64,000 nucleotides of DNA, taken from NCBI GenBank assembly GCA_963758495.1, contig CAVWVI010000001.1:96001-160000 (forward strand), written 5' to 3'. Position numbers and translations under genes: made by a program. This DNA comes from Oligoflexia bacterium (GTDB taxonomy: Bacteria > Bdellovibrionota > UBA1018). The stretch's first letter is position 1. Every line of letters begins with the position of its first letter. This document shows, piece by piece, positions 28,157 through 39,394 of this stretch. The notes beneath the pieces were generated by a model. The model was not told where the DNA came from and ran no database searches. It worked only from the letters and a program-made list of their open reading frames with translations.

Positions 28157-29770
28157 GTGATGAAAAGGAAAAGCATGCTGACACCCATAAGAATTTGCTC
28201 CAGTGCTGAAATGAGAGAATTAGACCTTGTAGCTGAAAGAGACTACGACATTGAAGCTCATTTACTGATGGAAAATGCAGGTAGAGCTGCCGTTCAAATT
28301 CTGCTGGAAAGATTTCCAAATGCAGGAAGAACGACTGAAATTTTGATTTTTACGGGTAAGGGAAATAATGCTGGAGATGCATTTGTAGTTGCCCGCAGGC
28401 TCCTTTGCTTAGAGCGAAAAGTGAGAATCTTTCACCTGCAAGGCGAAGTGGGATATAAAGGTGCAACTCTAAAAAACTTTCAAATCTTGAAAAGAATGAA
28501 GGCGAAGCTCACTCACCTAGAGACTTCGTCCGATCTTCAAGAGTTTTTTCAAAGCTCCTCTGGACCTTTCACCCTTATAGATGGAATCCTAGGAACTGGA
28601 TTAAAGTCGCAGCTCGAAGGAATTTTTTACGAAGTAGTCGAAATCATCAATGGCCTGAATTCCACTGAAGTCGTCGCTTTAGATATTCCAACGGGAGTGA
28701 GCGGTGATACAGGCGCAATTCAAGGTACATCGATATTAGCCACCCTGACGATTTCATTTGGTTTCCCCAAATTAGGTCATTTTTTGCCACCAGGTGCTGC
28801 ACGACGGGGAGAACTGATTAACGTAGATATTTCCTTGCCACCCAAATTCCGAAGGGAAGGCAATAAATATCTACTGATGAAAAATCCTATGAGTGCTCTT
28901 TTAAAAGAGCGTGATCGATACGGCCACAAGAATTCTTTTGGCCATACTCTCCTTGTGGGTGGAAGCCCAGGCCGTCTGGGTGCAATTTCTATGGCAGCTC
29001 GGGCTTGCCACAAAATGGGAACAGGATTAGTCACTGTCGCAAGTTGGTTAGACGGTTTTGAAACTCTTCTCAATCGACTCCCGTGTGAAACCATGGCTGT
29101 GCCACTTCATTTAGAAGGTCCAGACTATGAGCTCTATAAAAAAAGCCTTCCTACTTATTCAAGCATTGTTTTGGGACCTGGCATGGGCTTACGCACAGAT
29201 GGAAAGCAACTCATAGAGGAACTGCTCAGTTATTACCCTGGACCCCTGGTGATCGATGCAGATGCATTGAATTTAGTAGCCGATTACAAGCTTCATCAAC
29301 AGCTTTTAGATCGCGGTGCTCCCACGGTCTTGACTCCTCATCCAGGGGAAATGGCAAGACTCTTAGGAATCAGCAAAGAAGATGTTCTCGCTGATCCTAT
29401 TCAAGCCGTACGGAATGCAGTCGAACTCACTCATGCAATTGTACTTCTGAAAGGAGCAGCGACGTTAATTAGCTCCACGGAAGATATCCTCTATTTAAAT
29501 CATTATCCAAATGATGGAATGGCGACAGCCGGGAGCGGTGACGTCTTAGCGGGAATGATCGGGGGATTACTGGGTCAAAAAATGGACCCATTCCAAGCCA
29601 CTTTGCTTGGAGTCTATCTTCATAGCTTAGCAGGAGATATTGCAGCCCAAAAATTTGGACACCGGAGCATGACCGCTCCTGACATTATTGAGAATATTGG
29701 AAATGCCTTCAAAGACCTTAAAGCCGCAGAGCTCTCCATTCCTATGGAAGGCCGCATCAAACTGCTCTGA
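28157..29770 (+). CDS. nnr: Bifunctional NAD(P)HX epimerase/dehydratase
   Basis: LMENAG, GKGNNAGD, DIPTG, GPGMG, DADALN, TPHPGEMARL and TAGSGDVLAG motifs. Confidence 0.95.
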   Translation: MMKRKSMLTPIRICSSAEMRELDLVAERDYDIEAHLLMENAGRAAVQILLERFPNAGRTTEILIFTGKGNNAGDAFVVARRLLCLERKVRIFHLQGEVGYKGATLKNFQILKRMKAKLTHLETSSDLQEFFQSSSGPFTLIDGILGTGLKSQLEGIFYEVVEIINGLNSTEVVALDIPTGVSGDTGAIQGTSILATLTISFGFPKLGHFLPPGAARRGELINVDISLPPKFRREGNKYLLMKNPMSALLKERDRYGHKNSFGHTLLVGGSPGRLGAISMAARACHKMGTGLVTVASWLDGFETLLNRLPCETMAVPLHLEGPDYELYKKSLPTYSSIVLGPGMGLRTDGKQLIEELLSYYPGPLVIDADALNLVADYKLHQQLLDRGAPTVLTPHPGEMARLLGISKEDVLADPIQAVRNAVELTHAIVLLKGAATLISSTEDILYLNHYPNDGMATAGSGDVLAGMIGGLLGQKMDPFQATLLGVYLHSLAGDIAAQKFGHRSMTAPDIIENIGNAFKDLKAAELSIPMEGRIKLL

Positions 29771-30200
29771 GACAGAGCTTTCTGAAATTGCCTTGAGTTT
29801 GGCTCAAGAGCTCAAGCTAGGGGATCGTGTATTTTTAGAAGGCCCTATGGGAAGTGGGAAAACGACCTTGACTCGATCCCTTCTTTTGGGATTGGGAATC
29901 CATCAACCCCCTGAAGGCAGTCCTACTTTTGCGATCGCTCATGAATACGAGGCTCCTATCGGAGGAATTATTCACATTGATTTCTACCGAATTCACTCTG
30001 AATATGAAATCGATGAAGCCGGTATCTCCTCTTATTATTGGGAACGTCATTTAATTGTGATTTCGGAATGGATTTCATCCTGGCCTGAATTTTCCGATCG
30101 AGTTTCAAAAACTGGAAGGACTTGGCATGTGTCACTTTCCTTCGTGCCAGAAAGTGACCAGGCACGTGAGGTCCGTATTCTGCGCTCAGAAGTAAAATGA
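29688..30200 (+). CDS. tsaE: t6A biosynthesis ATPase TsaE (start uncertain)
   Basis: GPMGSGKTT, SPTF, HIDFYRI and SEW motifs; follows nnr. Confidence 0.9.
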   Translation: MRILEMPSKTLKPQSSPFLWKAASNCSETELSEIALSLAQELKLGDRVFLEGPMGSGKTTLTRSLLLGLGIHQPPEGSPTFAIAHEYEAPIGGIIHIDFYRIHSEYEIDEAGISSYYWERHLIVISEWISSWPEFSDRVSKTGRTWHVSLSFVPESDQAREVRILRSEVK

Positions 30201-30244
30201 AGTAAAATGAAGCAAAACAAGGTAGTTTCTTTACAATGCTTACT

Positions 30245-31933
30245 CTAGCGGTGACCACGCACTTGAAGTTGAAACTGATGAATAGGCAGAAGCTTGCTCA
30301 GAAAAGGTGTGATGTCATCATAGACATCGTTGAAAGGGATTTTATCTTTTGCGGGTAGCGCTAAAGCTTGAAAATGATACTCAAGAGGCTTATTGGTGAG
30401 AATGCCACTATCGATGATTTCCGCATCAGTCCCAAAGCTTGTGAGTTTACTATCCTTGAATCTAATTCGGTCGATCCAAACTCGATTGGATAAATCTTTG
30501 GCCATGTGCCACTCCACAAGCCTTCCATCCAAGTGACTTTCAAATACTTGAACTGTGACGTCATTGCCTTTAATTTTATCGCCCGCTCTTAAAGTTCTAC
30601 TGGGGTCATTTTCTGAAAGAAGGAGGTGTGACGTCTGGTATGTCCTTACAGGTAGAGTCTTGAAGTCAGGGAAAAAGTCATGCAGGGGCTGTTTGTGATC
30701 GACTCCTGCAGGCCCTGAATGCCCTGAATAAATCATATCTGAGATCTCTGCATTGACTTGATCTAGGTACTCGTCGAAGTTGGGTATGGACTCTTGATCT
30801 CTATAAGTTTTATCAAAACAAAATCCAGGACGGCATTTTTGAAAAAAGGATAAATACCCCTTGTCGTCATAAAAGTGAGACTCTTCTTCAAAGCTAAATA
30901 GAGCTTTGAATTTTTCATTATTCTGATCTTCATATTTGTTTGGATCAAAATACTTAAGTACCTCATAGGCACTCTGATCTGAGCACTGCATTACAGTATT
31001 ATCGAGTGAATCATCCAAAAACCGAAAAAGGGTCTCATCTAATTTAGTTTGCTGGGTATAGTGAAACCGAATTTCACTTAGTTTCCCGTCATTTTGAACT
31101 AAAATAAATCCTAAATTTTGGTCTGCATTTTTGTCTGAATTTTGAAACGTCAATTGATGTAATGCTACTGCCGTCTTGTAGCCAAATTTTCCAAAGTAGC
31201 TACTATTTATATTTGTTTTATTTAGAACGATATAAGGGGCGACCCGCCAACCTCCGTCAGAGAAAGACTGATAAAGGAGCCGCGGAATAACTGGTTTACC
31301 TGCAACGGCTTCATACATAATGCGGATAGGATTTCTATTACCGGTAATAATCGAAGAAAATCCAAAGTATTTGTCTTTTATATGAATGACTTCCTTTGGG
31401 TTGGGGCGGCATTGTTTCAGTTGCAACAAATTGAAGGTGGTTTGACTGGGTGAATACCATGCTCCAAACCGAGCTTGAATTGCAGTGAGTGCCGCTACAA
31501 CGGCCTTATGAACAATGGGACTTGGATCCTTTAACGCCACGACCAAGGCAATATGAACCCTGAAATCACTGGGTATGATTTCACCCAATATCCATGCAGC
31601 ATGATACCGAACCCGAGGATTCTCATCTCTCAAAGCCTCAACTAACGCAAGTTGAACCTTGGGATGACTGGGCTTGAGGTGACCCAATGCTGTTGCAGCA
31701 GCATCCCGAACATCAAATCTCTGATCTTTCATGGCCTCGACTAGCGCAAGTTGGGTTTTGAGGTCACTGGACTTACTGCGATCCAACATCCTTATAGCAT
31801 AATGCCGAACTTCGGGACTCTGATCTTTCAAAGCATCGAGTAGCCCCACCGCCGAGGATAGGTTGCAAAAAAATAGGCTGCAAAGAAAAATAATCCCTGC
31901 ATGAATCGTTAGAACTCGTTTTAGAATGATCAA
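30245..31933 (-). CDS. Exported HEAT-repeat protein with unknown C-terminal domain
   Basis: Probable TTG start at 31933, signal peptide ending LSSA, four ALKD...VR..A...L HEAT-like repeats. Confidence 0.7.
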   Translation of the reverse strand: MIILKRVLTIHAGIIFLCSLFFCNLSSAVGLLDALKDQSPEVRHYAIRMLDRSKSSDLKTQLALVEAMKDQRFDVRDAAATALGHLKPSHPKVQLALVEALRDENPRVRYHAAWILGEIIPSDFRVHIALVVALKDPSPIVHKAVVAALTAIQARFGAWYSPSQTTFNLLQLKQCRPNPKEVIHIKDKYFGFSSIITGNRNPIRIMYEAVAGKPVIPRLLYQSFSDGGWRVAPYIVLNKTNINSSYFGKFGYKTAVALHQLTFQNSDKNADQNLGFILVQNDGKLSEIRFHYTQQTKLDETLFRFLDDSLDNTVMQCSDQSAYEVLKYFDPNKYEDQNNEKFKALFSFEEESHFYDDKGYLSFFQKCRPGFCFDKTYRDQESIPNFDEYLDQVNAEISDMIYSGHSGPAGVDHKQPLHDFFPDFKTLPVRTYQTSHLLLSENDPSRTLRAGDKIKGNDVTVQVFESHLDGRLVEWHMAKDLSNRVWIDRIRFKDSKLTSFGTDAEIIDSGILTNKPLEYHFQALALPAKDKIPFNDVYDDITPFLSKLLPIHQFQLQVRGHR

Positions 31934-31941
31934 GGTAATCC

Positions 31942-32715
31942 TCAAGGAGCTTGAATTGCAGAAATCATTTCCCTCACAGCTTGCTCTAATCCTACAAAAA
32001 CAGCCCGACATACAATGGAGTGACCAATATTATATTCTTCAATCAGAGGCTCTCTCTCTTCTGATTCCAACTCGACAACCGGTCTGACATTGATGAAGTC
32101 AAAACCATGCCCGGCATGAACATGAAGTTTGAGGCTTCGCGCTAAAAGGGCTGCCTTTTTCAGACGCTCCAGCTCGATTTGTGCGCGACGGACAGAACGA
32201 GCGCCAAAGGCTCCTTGTGATGCAAGACAGAATTGACCTGTATGGAATTCAATCGCATCAGCACCTAATTGATGACTGAGTTTTACGGCTTTAAGATCTG
32301 GCTCGATAAAACAACTCACTCGGATTCCCGTTTTACGGAGCTCCGTTATGGCCGACTTGACTTGTACCTGGTATTTCTTAATATCAAGCCCTCCTTCAGT
32401 GGTGAGTTCTTGCCTTTTTTCTGGAACAAGACAGACCCAATCTGGAAGGACCCGTTTTGCAAATCGGACCATGGCAGGCGATACAGCCATTTCTAAATTC
32501 AGGAGGACGTTTAATTCTCTTCTTAAAAGTCGAACATCTTCATCTTGAATATGTCTGCGATCCTCTCTTAAATGAACTGTAATCTGCTCTGCGCCACCGA
32601 GTTCTGCCGCCCGAGCTGCGGCAAGAATATCCGGATAAGGAGTGCCTCGGAGTTGGCGTAATGTAGCGATATGATCAATATTCACTCCTAGACGAGGTGT
32701 CTGATTCGTACTCAT
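31942..32715 (-). CDS. pdxJ: Pyridoxine 5'-phosphate synthase
   Basis: LGVNIDHIATLR, HLREDRRHI, TTEGGL and NIGHSI motifs. Confidence 0.95.
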   Translation of the reverse strand: MSTNQTPRLGVNIDHIATLRQLRGTPYPDILAAARAAELGGAEQITVHLREDRRHIQDEDVRLLRRELNVLLNLEMAVSPAMVRFAKRVLPDWVCLVPEKRQELTTEGGLDIKKYQVQVKSAITELRKTGIRVSCFIEPDLKAVKLSHQLGADAIEFHTGQFCLASQGAFGARSVRRAQIELERLKKAALLARSLKLHVHAGHGFDFINVRPVVELESEEREPLIEEYNIGHSIVCRAVFVGLEQAVREMISAIQAP

Positions 32716-32726
32716 AAATTCTTTCT

Positions 32727-34142
32727 TTATCCCAATATTCTTTGAATGCTGGAAGCAATCTTTCGAGCCAAATCCTGAATCTGCCTCGAATCCTCACCTT
32801 CAACCATAACTCTGGCAAGTGCTTCGGTTCCAGAGTAACGAACAAAAACTCTCCCTTTATCATTCAAAACTGCCTGCGCACTCGCAATTGCTTTAGCAAT
32901 TTCTGGATGATTTTCAAACGGCTCTTTGCGAAAAACTTTGACATCTTCTCGGACCTGAGGAAAAAGTCTAATTTCCTTTTTTAATTCTGAAAGAGGTTTT
33001 CCAGTTCGACGCATAGCCTCTAAGACCTTCAACGCAGCAACAATTCCATCTCCCGTCGTGGATTGATCTAGAAACACCACATGGCCTGATTGCTCTCCAC
33101 CTAAATTGAGACCATTCTTACGCATGGTATCGACTACGTAACGATCCCCCACCTGTGCACGGACCATTGAAATTCCATGCTCTCGAAGAGTCAACTCAAG
33201 TCCAATATTAGACATAGGAGTAGTGACGACTGTATTTTTTCTTAAAATTTGTTCTCTTGCCATCTGGATCGCACATAGGCCAATAATTTGATCTCCATCT
33301 ACGATTTCCCCATTCTCATCAGAAAGGATACAGCGATCTCCATCTCCATCGAGTGCAATTCCGATATCTGCTCGATACTTGACAGCAGAGTAAGCAATCG
33401 CCTCTGGATGGAGAGCACCACATTTATCATTGATATTTAAACCATCTGGACTTACGCCCCTTTTTATCACTTCCGCGCCTAACTCCTCAAAAACTAAAGG
33501 AGCTACTTTATAGGCCGCGCCATTTGCGCAATCTAAAACAATTCGCACCCCTACCAAATCAAGGTCTTTTGGAAATAAGCTTTTTAAAAATACTAGATAT
33601 CTTCCATGAATATCATCAATACGATAAGCTTTTCCCACTAAAGAAGCGGTAGGACGATCTTTATCTAATTCAGTTGAAAAAACCAGTCGCTCAATTTCTG
33701 ATTCAATTTCATCTGGAAGCTTATAGCCATCTGCGGAAAAAACTTTAATGCCATTATCGTCATAAGGGTTGTGCGAAGCCGAGATCATCACTCCCGCATC
33801 TGCACGCATGCTTTGCGTCACAAATGCCACTCCCGGTGTAGAAAGGGGACCAATCAAAATAACATCTGCTCCCATGGAACAAATTCCCGAGGCCAATGCT
33901 TGCTCAAGCATATAGCCAGAAAGCCGAGTGTCTTTACCTATCACAATTTTAGCTCGACGCGCATGCTTCGATGATTCTTGAGGTCTGAGAGTGAGTATCT
34001 GAGGATCCTTTACGATTGCTTTCGGATTCATTCTGAGAACATGTGCAATTGCTCGACCCACTGCCATCGCAATTTCACCGGTCATAGGATATTCGTTTGC
34101 CAGCCCACGAATTCCATCTGTTCCAAATAGCTTTTGATTCAT
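32727..34142 (-). CDS. glmM: Phosphoglucosamine mutase
   Basis: FGTDGIRG, SASHNP, DGDGDR and GGEQSGH motifs. Confidence 0.95.
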   Translation of the reverse strand: MNQKLFGTDGIRGLANEYPMTGEIAMAVGRAIAHVLRMNPKAIVKDPQILTLRPQESSKHARRAKIVIGKDTRLSGYMLEQALASGICSMGADVILIGPLSTPGVAFVTQSMRADAGVMISASHNPYDDNGIKVFSADGYKLPDEIESEIERLVFSTELDKDRPTASLVGKAYRIDDIHGRYLVFLKSLFPKDLDLVGVRIVLDCANGAAYKVAPLVFEELGAEVIKRGVSPDGLNINDKCGALHPEAIAYSAVKYRADIGIALDGDGDRCILSDENGEIVDGDQIIGLCAIQMAREQILRKNTVVTTPMSNIGLELTLREHGISMVRAQVGDRYVVDTMRKNGLNLGGEQSGHVVFLDQSTTGDGIVAALKVLEAMRRTGKPLSELKKEIRLFPQVREDVKVFRKEPFENHPEIAKAIASAQAVLNDKGRVFVRYSGTEALARVMVEGEDSRQIQDLARKIASSIQRILG

Positions 34143-34198
34143 CCGAAAATCCCTCTTCTTTCATTCATTCAAAATACTCAATACTTAGATTTTTATAT

Positions 34199-35128
34199 TT
34201 AATAAAGGACTACATTCACATGATCTGGAACCACCTTCACTAAACTGATATTTTTAGGTAAGCTCACTTTCACTGGCTCACTATATTTCCCTTTTGCTTT
34301 TCCATTTAAATCTACTATTCCAAAAATTTGATTATGATCTATGCTCTTCATATCTTCCGGAGATGCTCGAACCAAAATCGTAACATCTTTTTCCTCTACT
34401 CGTGCTTGATAAGAAGACAAAACATGAACGTCCACATTCTTAATTCTGAAATTAGCAGAAATGGCCTCTATTTTTATAATAGCTCGAGGCAACTCCCCGT
34501 CCAACTGAACATTATTTCGAGATAAATCTACAGACACTTCTTTATCTAAAGACTCAGTTAAGTGAGAAACATCAATGGGCAGGGTGGGAATTTCAGTAAG
34601 ACCATCGATTCGACTTTCCGCACCTCGCACTCGAAGCGTTTCAGGCTTAATTTCCGCTTTTACAATTCGATATCCTGGAGGTGGCGTGCCTTGGAGTTCC
34701 ATATGAATAGGCACATCTCTACGCTTGATATACTCGAGTTTAATGAGGATGGCTGTGGGATTAATCGATAAAACTTTAACCCCAATAGGCACACGAATGT
34801 TGTCAGAAAAAAATCGATAAGTGACTAAAGCAGGTTTTGCACCTGTTAAATTGACTCGTATAGGCTCTTCTCTACGATCGAGAATACTTCTTAGAAAAGC
34901 CTTAGGCCCTGATAACCGGAATGCAATTCGATCTGGAATTTCATTGGCAGGAACAATGTCAGCGGGGGTAATGACTTCCAAGGGAACTTCCTTGGTCACT
35001 TCCACACTCCTCGAACCCAATACAATCACCCAAAGAACCAACGCAATCACAACGGAAACCACTTTGGTACCAAAGTTAGCTGCCACCAGATTCCATATAC
35101 GCTCAAAAAGTGTTCCCTGTCGGATCAT
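34199..35128 (-). CDS. cdaR: CdaR/YbbR-family diadenylate cyclase regulator
   Basis: N-terminal TM (KVVSVVIALVLW), YbbR-like beta repeats, between cdaA and glmM. Confidence 0.85.
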   Translation of the reverse strand: MIRQGTLFERIWNLVAANFGTKVVSVVIALVLWVIVLGSRSVEVTKEVPLEVITPADIVPANEIPDRIAFRLSGPKAFLRSILDRREEPIRVNLTGAKPALVTYRFFSDNIRVPIGVKVLSINPTAILIKLEYIKRRDVPIHMELQGTPPPGYRIVKAEIKPETLRVRGAESRIDGLTEIPTLPIDVSHLTESLDKEVSVDLSRNNVQLDGELPRAIIKIEAISANFRIKNVDVHVLSSYQARVEEKDVTILVRASPEDMKSIDHNQIFGIVDLNGKAKGKYSEPVKVSLPKNISLVKVVPDHVNVVLY

Positions 35129-35155
35129 CTTAATCTTTCCTTAATCTTCTTTTCC

Positions 35156-35998
35156 TTAATCTTCATGAGAATCTCTTTGTTGGGCAGCTTGAATCCAGCC
35201 TTGTAATCTTTTGGGGAGAGTCATTTGACTCCGCGACAAATCTAATAAGGCAGCCAAACTCTGCTTAAGTTCTTGTTCATTTAAGTTGGTCGTAATTTTT
35301 CCATTTTTAACGAGATGGGCTTCTCCGGCCTCTTCAGAAACCAGAACAACAATCGCATCTGAATCCTCAGTTAACCCTAGAGCAGCGCGATGCCGAGTAC
35401 CATAGCGTTTATCAATATTGGGGTCTTTTGAAAGGGGCAAGAAACACCCTGCCGCTGCAATCCTTCCTCCTGTAACAATAACAGCCCCATCGTGAATAGG
35501 AGAAGTAGGAACAAATATCGCGTAAAGGAGTTCCGCTTTGACACGAGACTCCAAACACGATCCCGTATCTATGAAATTCTTCAGTCCAGTTTCACGCTCA
35601 ATCACGATGAGTGCGCCAATTCTCTCTTTAGCTAAACGAGTTGCCGCACGTGCAATATCATCCACCATCTCTCTTTCCTCTTCAGCTGAGGCACCCGAAA
35701 AAAATGGATTTTTTCCTACATGTGTAAGAGCTCGCCGTAAATCATCTTGAAAGAGAACAATCACGATTAATATGAGGTAATCAAAGAAATAAGAAAATAG
35801 CCAATGGGTGGTAAAAAGCTCGAGCATGGAAGAAAGGTAAAATCCAATACCCAAGATTCCTAACCCCGTGAGCATTTGCATCGCACGGGTGCCTTTAATG
35901 AGGAAAAGTATCCTGTAGACTATAAAAGCCACGATCCCCACATCCAGCAGATCAATTAACCTCAGGCTGGATTGAAGATTAGCAAGCAGGTCTCCCAC
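35156..35998 (-). CDS. cdaA: Membrane diadenylate cyclase CdaA/DacA
   Basis: Three TM helices, HDGA and GTRHRAA catalytic motifs. Confidence 0.92.
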   Translation of the reverse strand: MGDLLANLQSSLRLIDLLDVGIVAFIVYRILFLIKGTRAMQMLTGLGILGIGFYLSSMLELFTTHWLFSYFFDYLILIVIVLFQDDLRRALTHVGKNPFFSGASAEEEREMVDDIARAATRLAKERIGALIVIERETGLKNFIDTGSCLESRVKAELLYAIFVPTSPIHDGAVIVTGGRIAAAGCFLPLSKDPNIDKRYGTRHRAALGLTEDSDAIVVLVSEEAGEAHLVKNGKITTNLNEQELKQSLAALLDLSRSQMTLPKRLQGWIQAAQQRDSHED

Positions 35999-36037
35999 TG
36001 AGTCGTTGGTGCCTACGCTCTTACTTCTGTGCTGATT

Positions 36038-37978
36038 TTAAGCAGGCACAGGGGCTGGCGCGGCTCCTCCTCCTGTTCCTGATTCTGTGCGACCACCCGT
36101 ACTTGAGGAAGTGCTCGCAGTTGGGGTATTACCAGAAGAGTCTACTACGGCAACTGCAGGCCTCTCAATTTTCAAACCATTCACAATACGGTCTACTTCA
36201 ACACCATCGAGTGTTTCATATTCAAGAAGGGCTTTAGCCAGTTCGTGAAGGATTGATATTTTCGAATTTAAAATCTCTCTCGCTCTTTTATAGTTTCGTT
36301 CAACAATGTCTCTGACTTCGCGATCAATCGTCTGAGCAGTCTGTTCAGAGTAATCTCTATGTTGCGCAATTTCTCGACCTAAAAAGATAGCTTCTTCTTT
36401 CTTACCAAAAGTGATCGGCCCGAGTACATCACTCATTCCCCACTCACATACCATTCGACGTGCAAGCTCAGTAGCCCGTTCAATATCATTGCCCGCACCT
36501 GTCGTGATCTGCTTGAGAACAATCTCCTCTGCTACTCGTCCACCCATCAAAAATGCAATGTTATTCTCAGCGCGTTCTCGAGAAAGACTGACTCGATCTT
36601 CTGTAGGAAGTGTTTGCGTCACTCCTAATGCCATACCTCGAGGAATAATCGTTACTTTATGAATGGGATCTGTGCCAGGCATCATCTTGCCAACCAAAGT
36701 ATGACCAGCCTCATGATAAGCAGTTGTCCGTTTTTCGTTATCCGTAAGAACCATGCTTTTACGTTCAACGCCCATCAATACTTTATCTTTAGCATGCTCA
36801 AAATCGGCCATTTCAAGAAATTTCTTATTCACTCGAGCTGCTAAGAGTGCAGCTTCATTCACAAGATTTTCTAAATCCGCTCCTGAAAAACCAGGAGTTC
36901 CTCGAGCAATCACGAGTAAATTCACATCTGTGGACATGGGAGTCTTACGAGTGTGAACCTTTAATATAGCCTCACGGCCCTTCACGTCAGGAGCTGAGAC
37001 GACCACGCGTCGATCAAACCGACCTGGGCGCAATAAAGCGGGATCCAAAACATCGGGACGATTGGTGGCAGCGATTAAAATCACTCCTTCATTACACTCA
37101 AATCCATCCATCTCTACGAGTAATTGATTTAGAGTTTGTTCACGTTCATCATGTCCGCCGCCTAAGCCCGCTCCTCTGTGACGACCCACAGCATCAATTT
37201 CATCTATAAAAATAATGCAAGGTGCATGTTTCTTCCCTTGTTCAAATAGATCTCGAACTCGAGAAGCGCCCACACCTACAAACATTTCTACGAAATCGGA
37301 GCCAGAAATCGAAAAGAACGGCACACCTGCCTCACCTGCAATGGCTCTTGCTAAAAGAGTCTTTCCAGTGCCAGGAGGTCCCATGAGTAAAACGCCCTTT
37401 GGGATTCGTCCGCCGAGCCGAGTAAATTTTTTAGGATCTTTTAGAAACGCAATAATCTCGTCGAGTTCTTGTTTAGCTTCCTCTACACCAGCGACATCTT
37501 TAAAAGTAACTCGATTATTGGATTCAGTGAGAAGTCGCGCCTTGCTCTTCCCAAAAGACATGGCTTTCCCCCCCCCGACTTGAATTTGTCGCATAAAGAG
37601 AAAAAAGAACACGAAGAGCAGTAGCATCGGGAACCAGGAGATCAATACCTGTTGCCAAATAGGAGTTTTTTCTGCGCGCTCGTAATTGGGAATGATATTA
37701 TTTTTTTCAAGTATATCAAAAACTTTTGCGTTTTCAGTATCCCCAATAGTCTCAAAATACTTACGCCCCTCTGGACTTGCATCCTTAAAGGCACCCACGA
37801 TCAAGTTATCAGCTTTAAAAGTGACCTCGGCCACTTTGCCTTCCTTGACGTAAGATATAAACTCACTAAATTTAATTTCCCTGCGATGTCGATTGCCAGT
37901 GTCAAAAACTTTGAAAAGGCTGGCAAATAACAAAATCAAAACTAGCCACAGGGCAACGGTTTTCTGCGATGGCTTCAT
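36038..37978 (-). CDS. ftsH: ATP-dependent zinc metalloprotease FtsH
   Basis: [23 protein letters not shown] and HEAGH motifs. Confidence 0.97.
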   Translation of the reverse strand: MKPSQKTVALWLVLILLFASLFKVFDTGNRHRREIKFSEFISYVKEGKVAEVTFKADNLIVGAFKDASPEGRKYFETIGDTENAKVFDILEKNNIIPNYERAEKTPIWQQVLISWFPMLLLFVFFFLFMRQIQVGGGKAMSFGKSKARLLTESNNRVTFKDVAGVEEAKQELDEIIAFLKDPKKFTRLGGRIPKGVLLMGPPGTGKTLLARAIAGEAGVPFFSISGSDFVEMFVGVGASRVRDLFEQGKKHAPCIIFIDEIDAVGRHRGAGLGGGHDEREQTLNQLLVEMDGFECNEGVILIAATNRPDVLDPALLRPGRFDRRVVVSAPDVKGREAILKVHTRKTPMSTDVNLLVIARGTPGFSGADLENLVNEAALLAARVNKKFLEMADFEHAKDKVLMGVERKSMVLTDNEKRTTAYHEAGHTLVGKMMPGTDPIHKVTIIPRGMALGVTQTLPTEDRVSLSRERAENNIAFLMGGRVAEEIVLKQITTGAGNDIERATELARRMVCEWGMSDVLGPITFGKKEEAIFLGREIAQHRDYSEQTAQTIDREVRDIVERNYKRAREILNSKISILHELAKALLEYETLDGVEVDRIVNGLKIERPAVAVVDSSGNTPTASTSSSTGGRTESGTGGGAAPAPVPA

Positions 37979-38104
37979 TTATACAATCCAATCCTCTCCT
38001 ACTATAAGAGTAGCACATGCCTTATTAAAAAATCAATTTGAAGAAATGGATACTTTGACTCTTTTCTACAACATTCCAGCGGCTTAGAATCACCCAAGTA
38101 TCGA

Positions 38105-39058
38105 TCACTCCTGATTTGCATGAGAACCCTTGATTTCTCTCAACTTCTTGCGTTTAGGGCGAGGAGGTTCACGAACTAATCGCCAACCTCCTGGTAATTG
38201 AATTTCGCCGCACTGGGACTTCTTTGCAACCATTTTCTCAATAATCATATCAAGATGAGGACGCCGAGCCTTCAATCCCAACGCCCTGAATAGAGTTTCG
38301 GGGGGTAGGATAGAAAACTCATTGCTACTTTGGTTCTGCGCATTGAGTGCCAATTTAACAAGATGCCCGATAGCTCTCGGGAAAATTTTCTCAACTTCTG
38401 GCATCAACGCTGCTCGCATTCTAGCACGAAGAAAACGACTCGAAGAATTCGTCGAATCTTCGCGATAAGATTGCCCCACCTCTTCTAAATAAGCCTTAAT
38501 TTCCTTTTTTCGAATTTTTAAAAGCGGGCGATACTCGACACCATGATGAAAAACGATACCTCCACCATGAGTTTGTGCAGCCCCAGTAAATAACCTCCAG
38601 AGAACGGTCTCCGCTAAGTCATCCGATTGATGGGCGGTAAACACAGGCGCATCTAAGCGTTTGGACTCATGAGCAAAGATTTGTTTTCTCGCATCTCGGG
38701 CCATCTCTTCCCAAGACCTCTTGGACTCTGGAGCAGGCGAACTTAACCTTCTACAAAGGACAGGGATATTCCATTGAGATCCCAGCTCTTTTACAAAGTC
38801 TTCATCAGCATCCGACTCTTTACCCCTCCAGCCATGATTCACATGAAGAAGCGTCATTTTCGATCGAGGTACGATCCGACGACCAAAATGCGTTATTAAA
38901 TGAGCCAATCCGACCGAATCGATCCCACCTGAAGTAGCGATGAGGATATGCGAAGTTAAAGGAAGTTCGATAGATTGACTCCTTAAAAATGCAATCACTT
39001 CACGAATCAGACGACCCCCTATAGGGCCTGGTTTAGGGTAATGACCCGAATTCAGCAT
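38105..39058 (-). CDS. tilS: tRNA(Ile)-lysidine synthase
   Basis: SGGIDS, HVNHGWR, TAHQSDD.AET and RPLL motifs; upstream of ftsH. Confidence 0.9.
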   Translation of the reverse strand: MLNSGHYPKPGPIGGRLIREVIAFLRSQSIELPLTSHILIATSGGIDSVGLAHLITHFGRRIVPRSKMTLLHVNHGWRGKESDADEDFVKELGSQWNIPVLCRRLSSPAPESKRSWEEMARDARKQIFAHESKRLDAPVFTAHQSDDLAETVLWRLFTGAAQTHGGGIVFHHGVEYRPLLKIRKKEIKAYLEEVGQSYREDSTNSSSRFLRARMRAALMPEVEKIFPRAIGHLVKLALNAQNQSSNEFSILPPETLFRALGLKARRPHLDMIIEKMVAKKSQCGEIQLPGGWRLVREPPRPKRKKLREIKGSHANQE

Positions 39059-39215
39059 GGGCTCACCATTCCCTTTTCTTAAGAAAATTGCAAGCCCAGC
39101 GTCTAAAATGAAATTCTAGAGTTGATCCTAGGAGTAATCGAAGGTATGAATCTCATTCTCAATTTGAATGAGTGTTTGTATTCGTCTTTAGTATTTATTT
39201 TTCGTATTCGTCAGA

Positions 39216-39292
39216 GGCTGGGTAGCTCAGATGGTTAGAGCGCCGGATTCATAACCCGGAGGTCGGGGTTTCGACTACCCCCCCAGCCACCA
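39216..39292 (+). tRNA. tRNA with CAT anticodon, probably elongator tRNA-Met
   Basis: GGCTGGG/CCCAGCC acceptor stem, TAGCTCAG D-arm, TTCATAA anticodon loop, TTCGACT T-loop, 3' ACCA. Confidence 0.9.
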
Positions 39293-39394
39293 ACAATTCT
39301 AGATACTTAGCTCACTTTTGACACTAAAAGATGGTTAAGAAATAAAGATAAAAATGGTTAAACTTTAGCCACGCTATACCCGAAGGGTTTAGCG

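Noticed and set aside
39216..39292. tRNA-Ile2 (TilS substrate) because it lies next to tilS
   Set aside because: The GGCT-starting acceptor stem resembles elongator tRNA-Met more than Ile2; not fully excluded without a covariance-model test.
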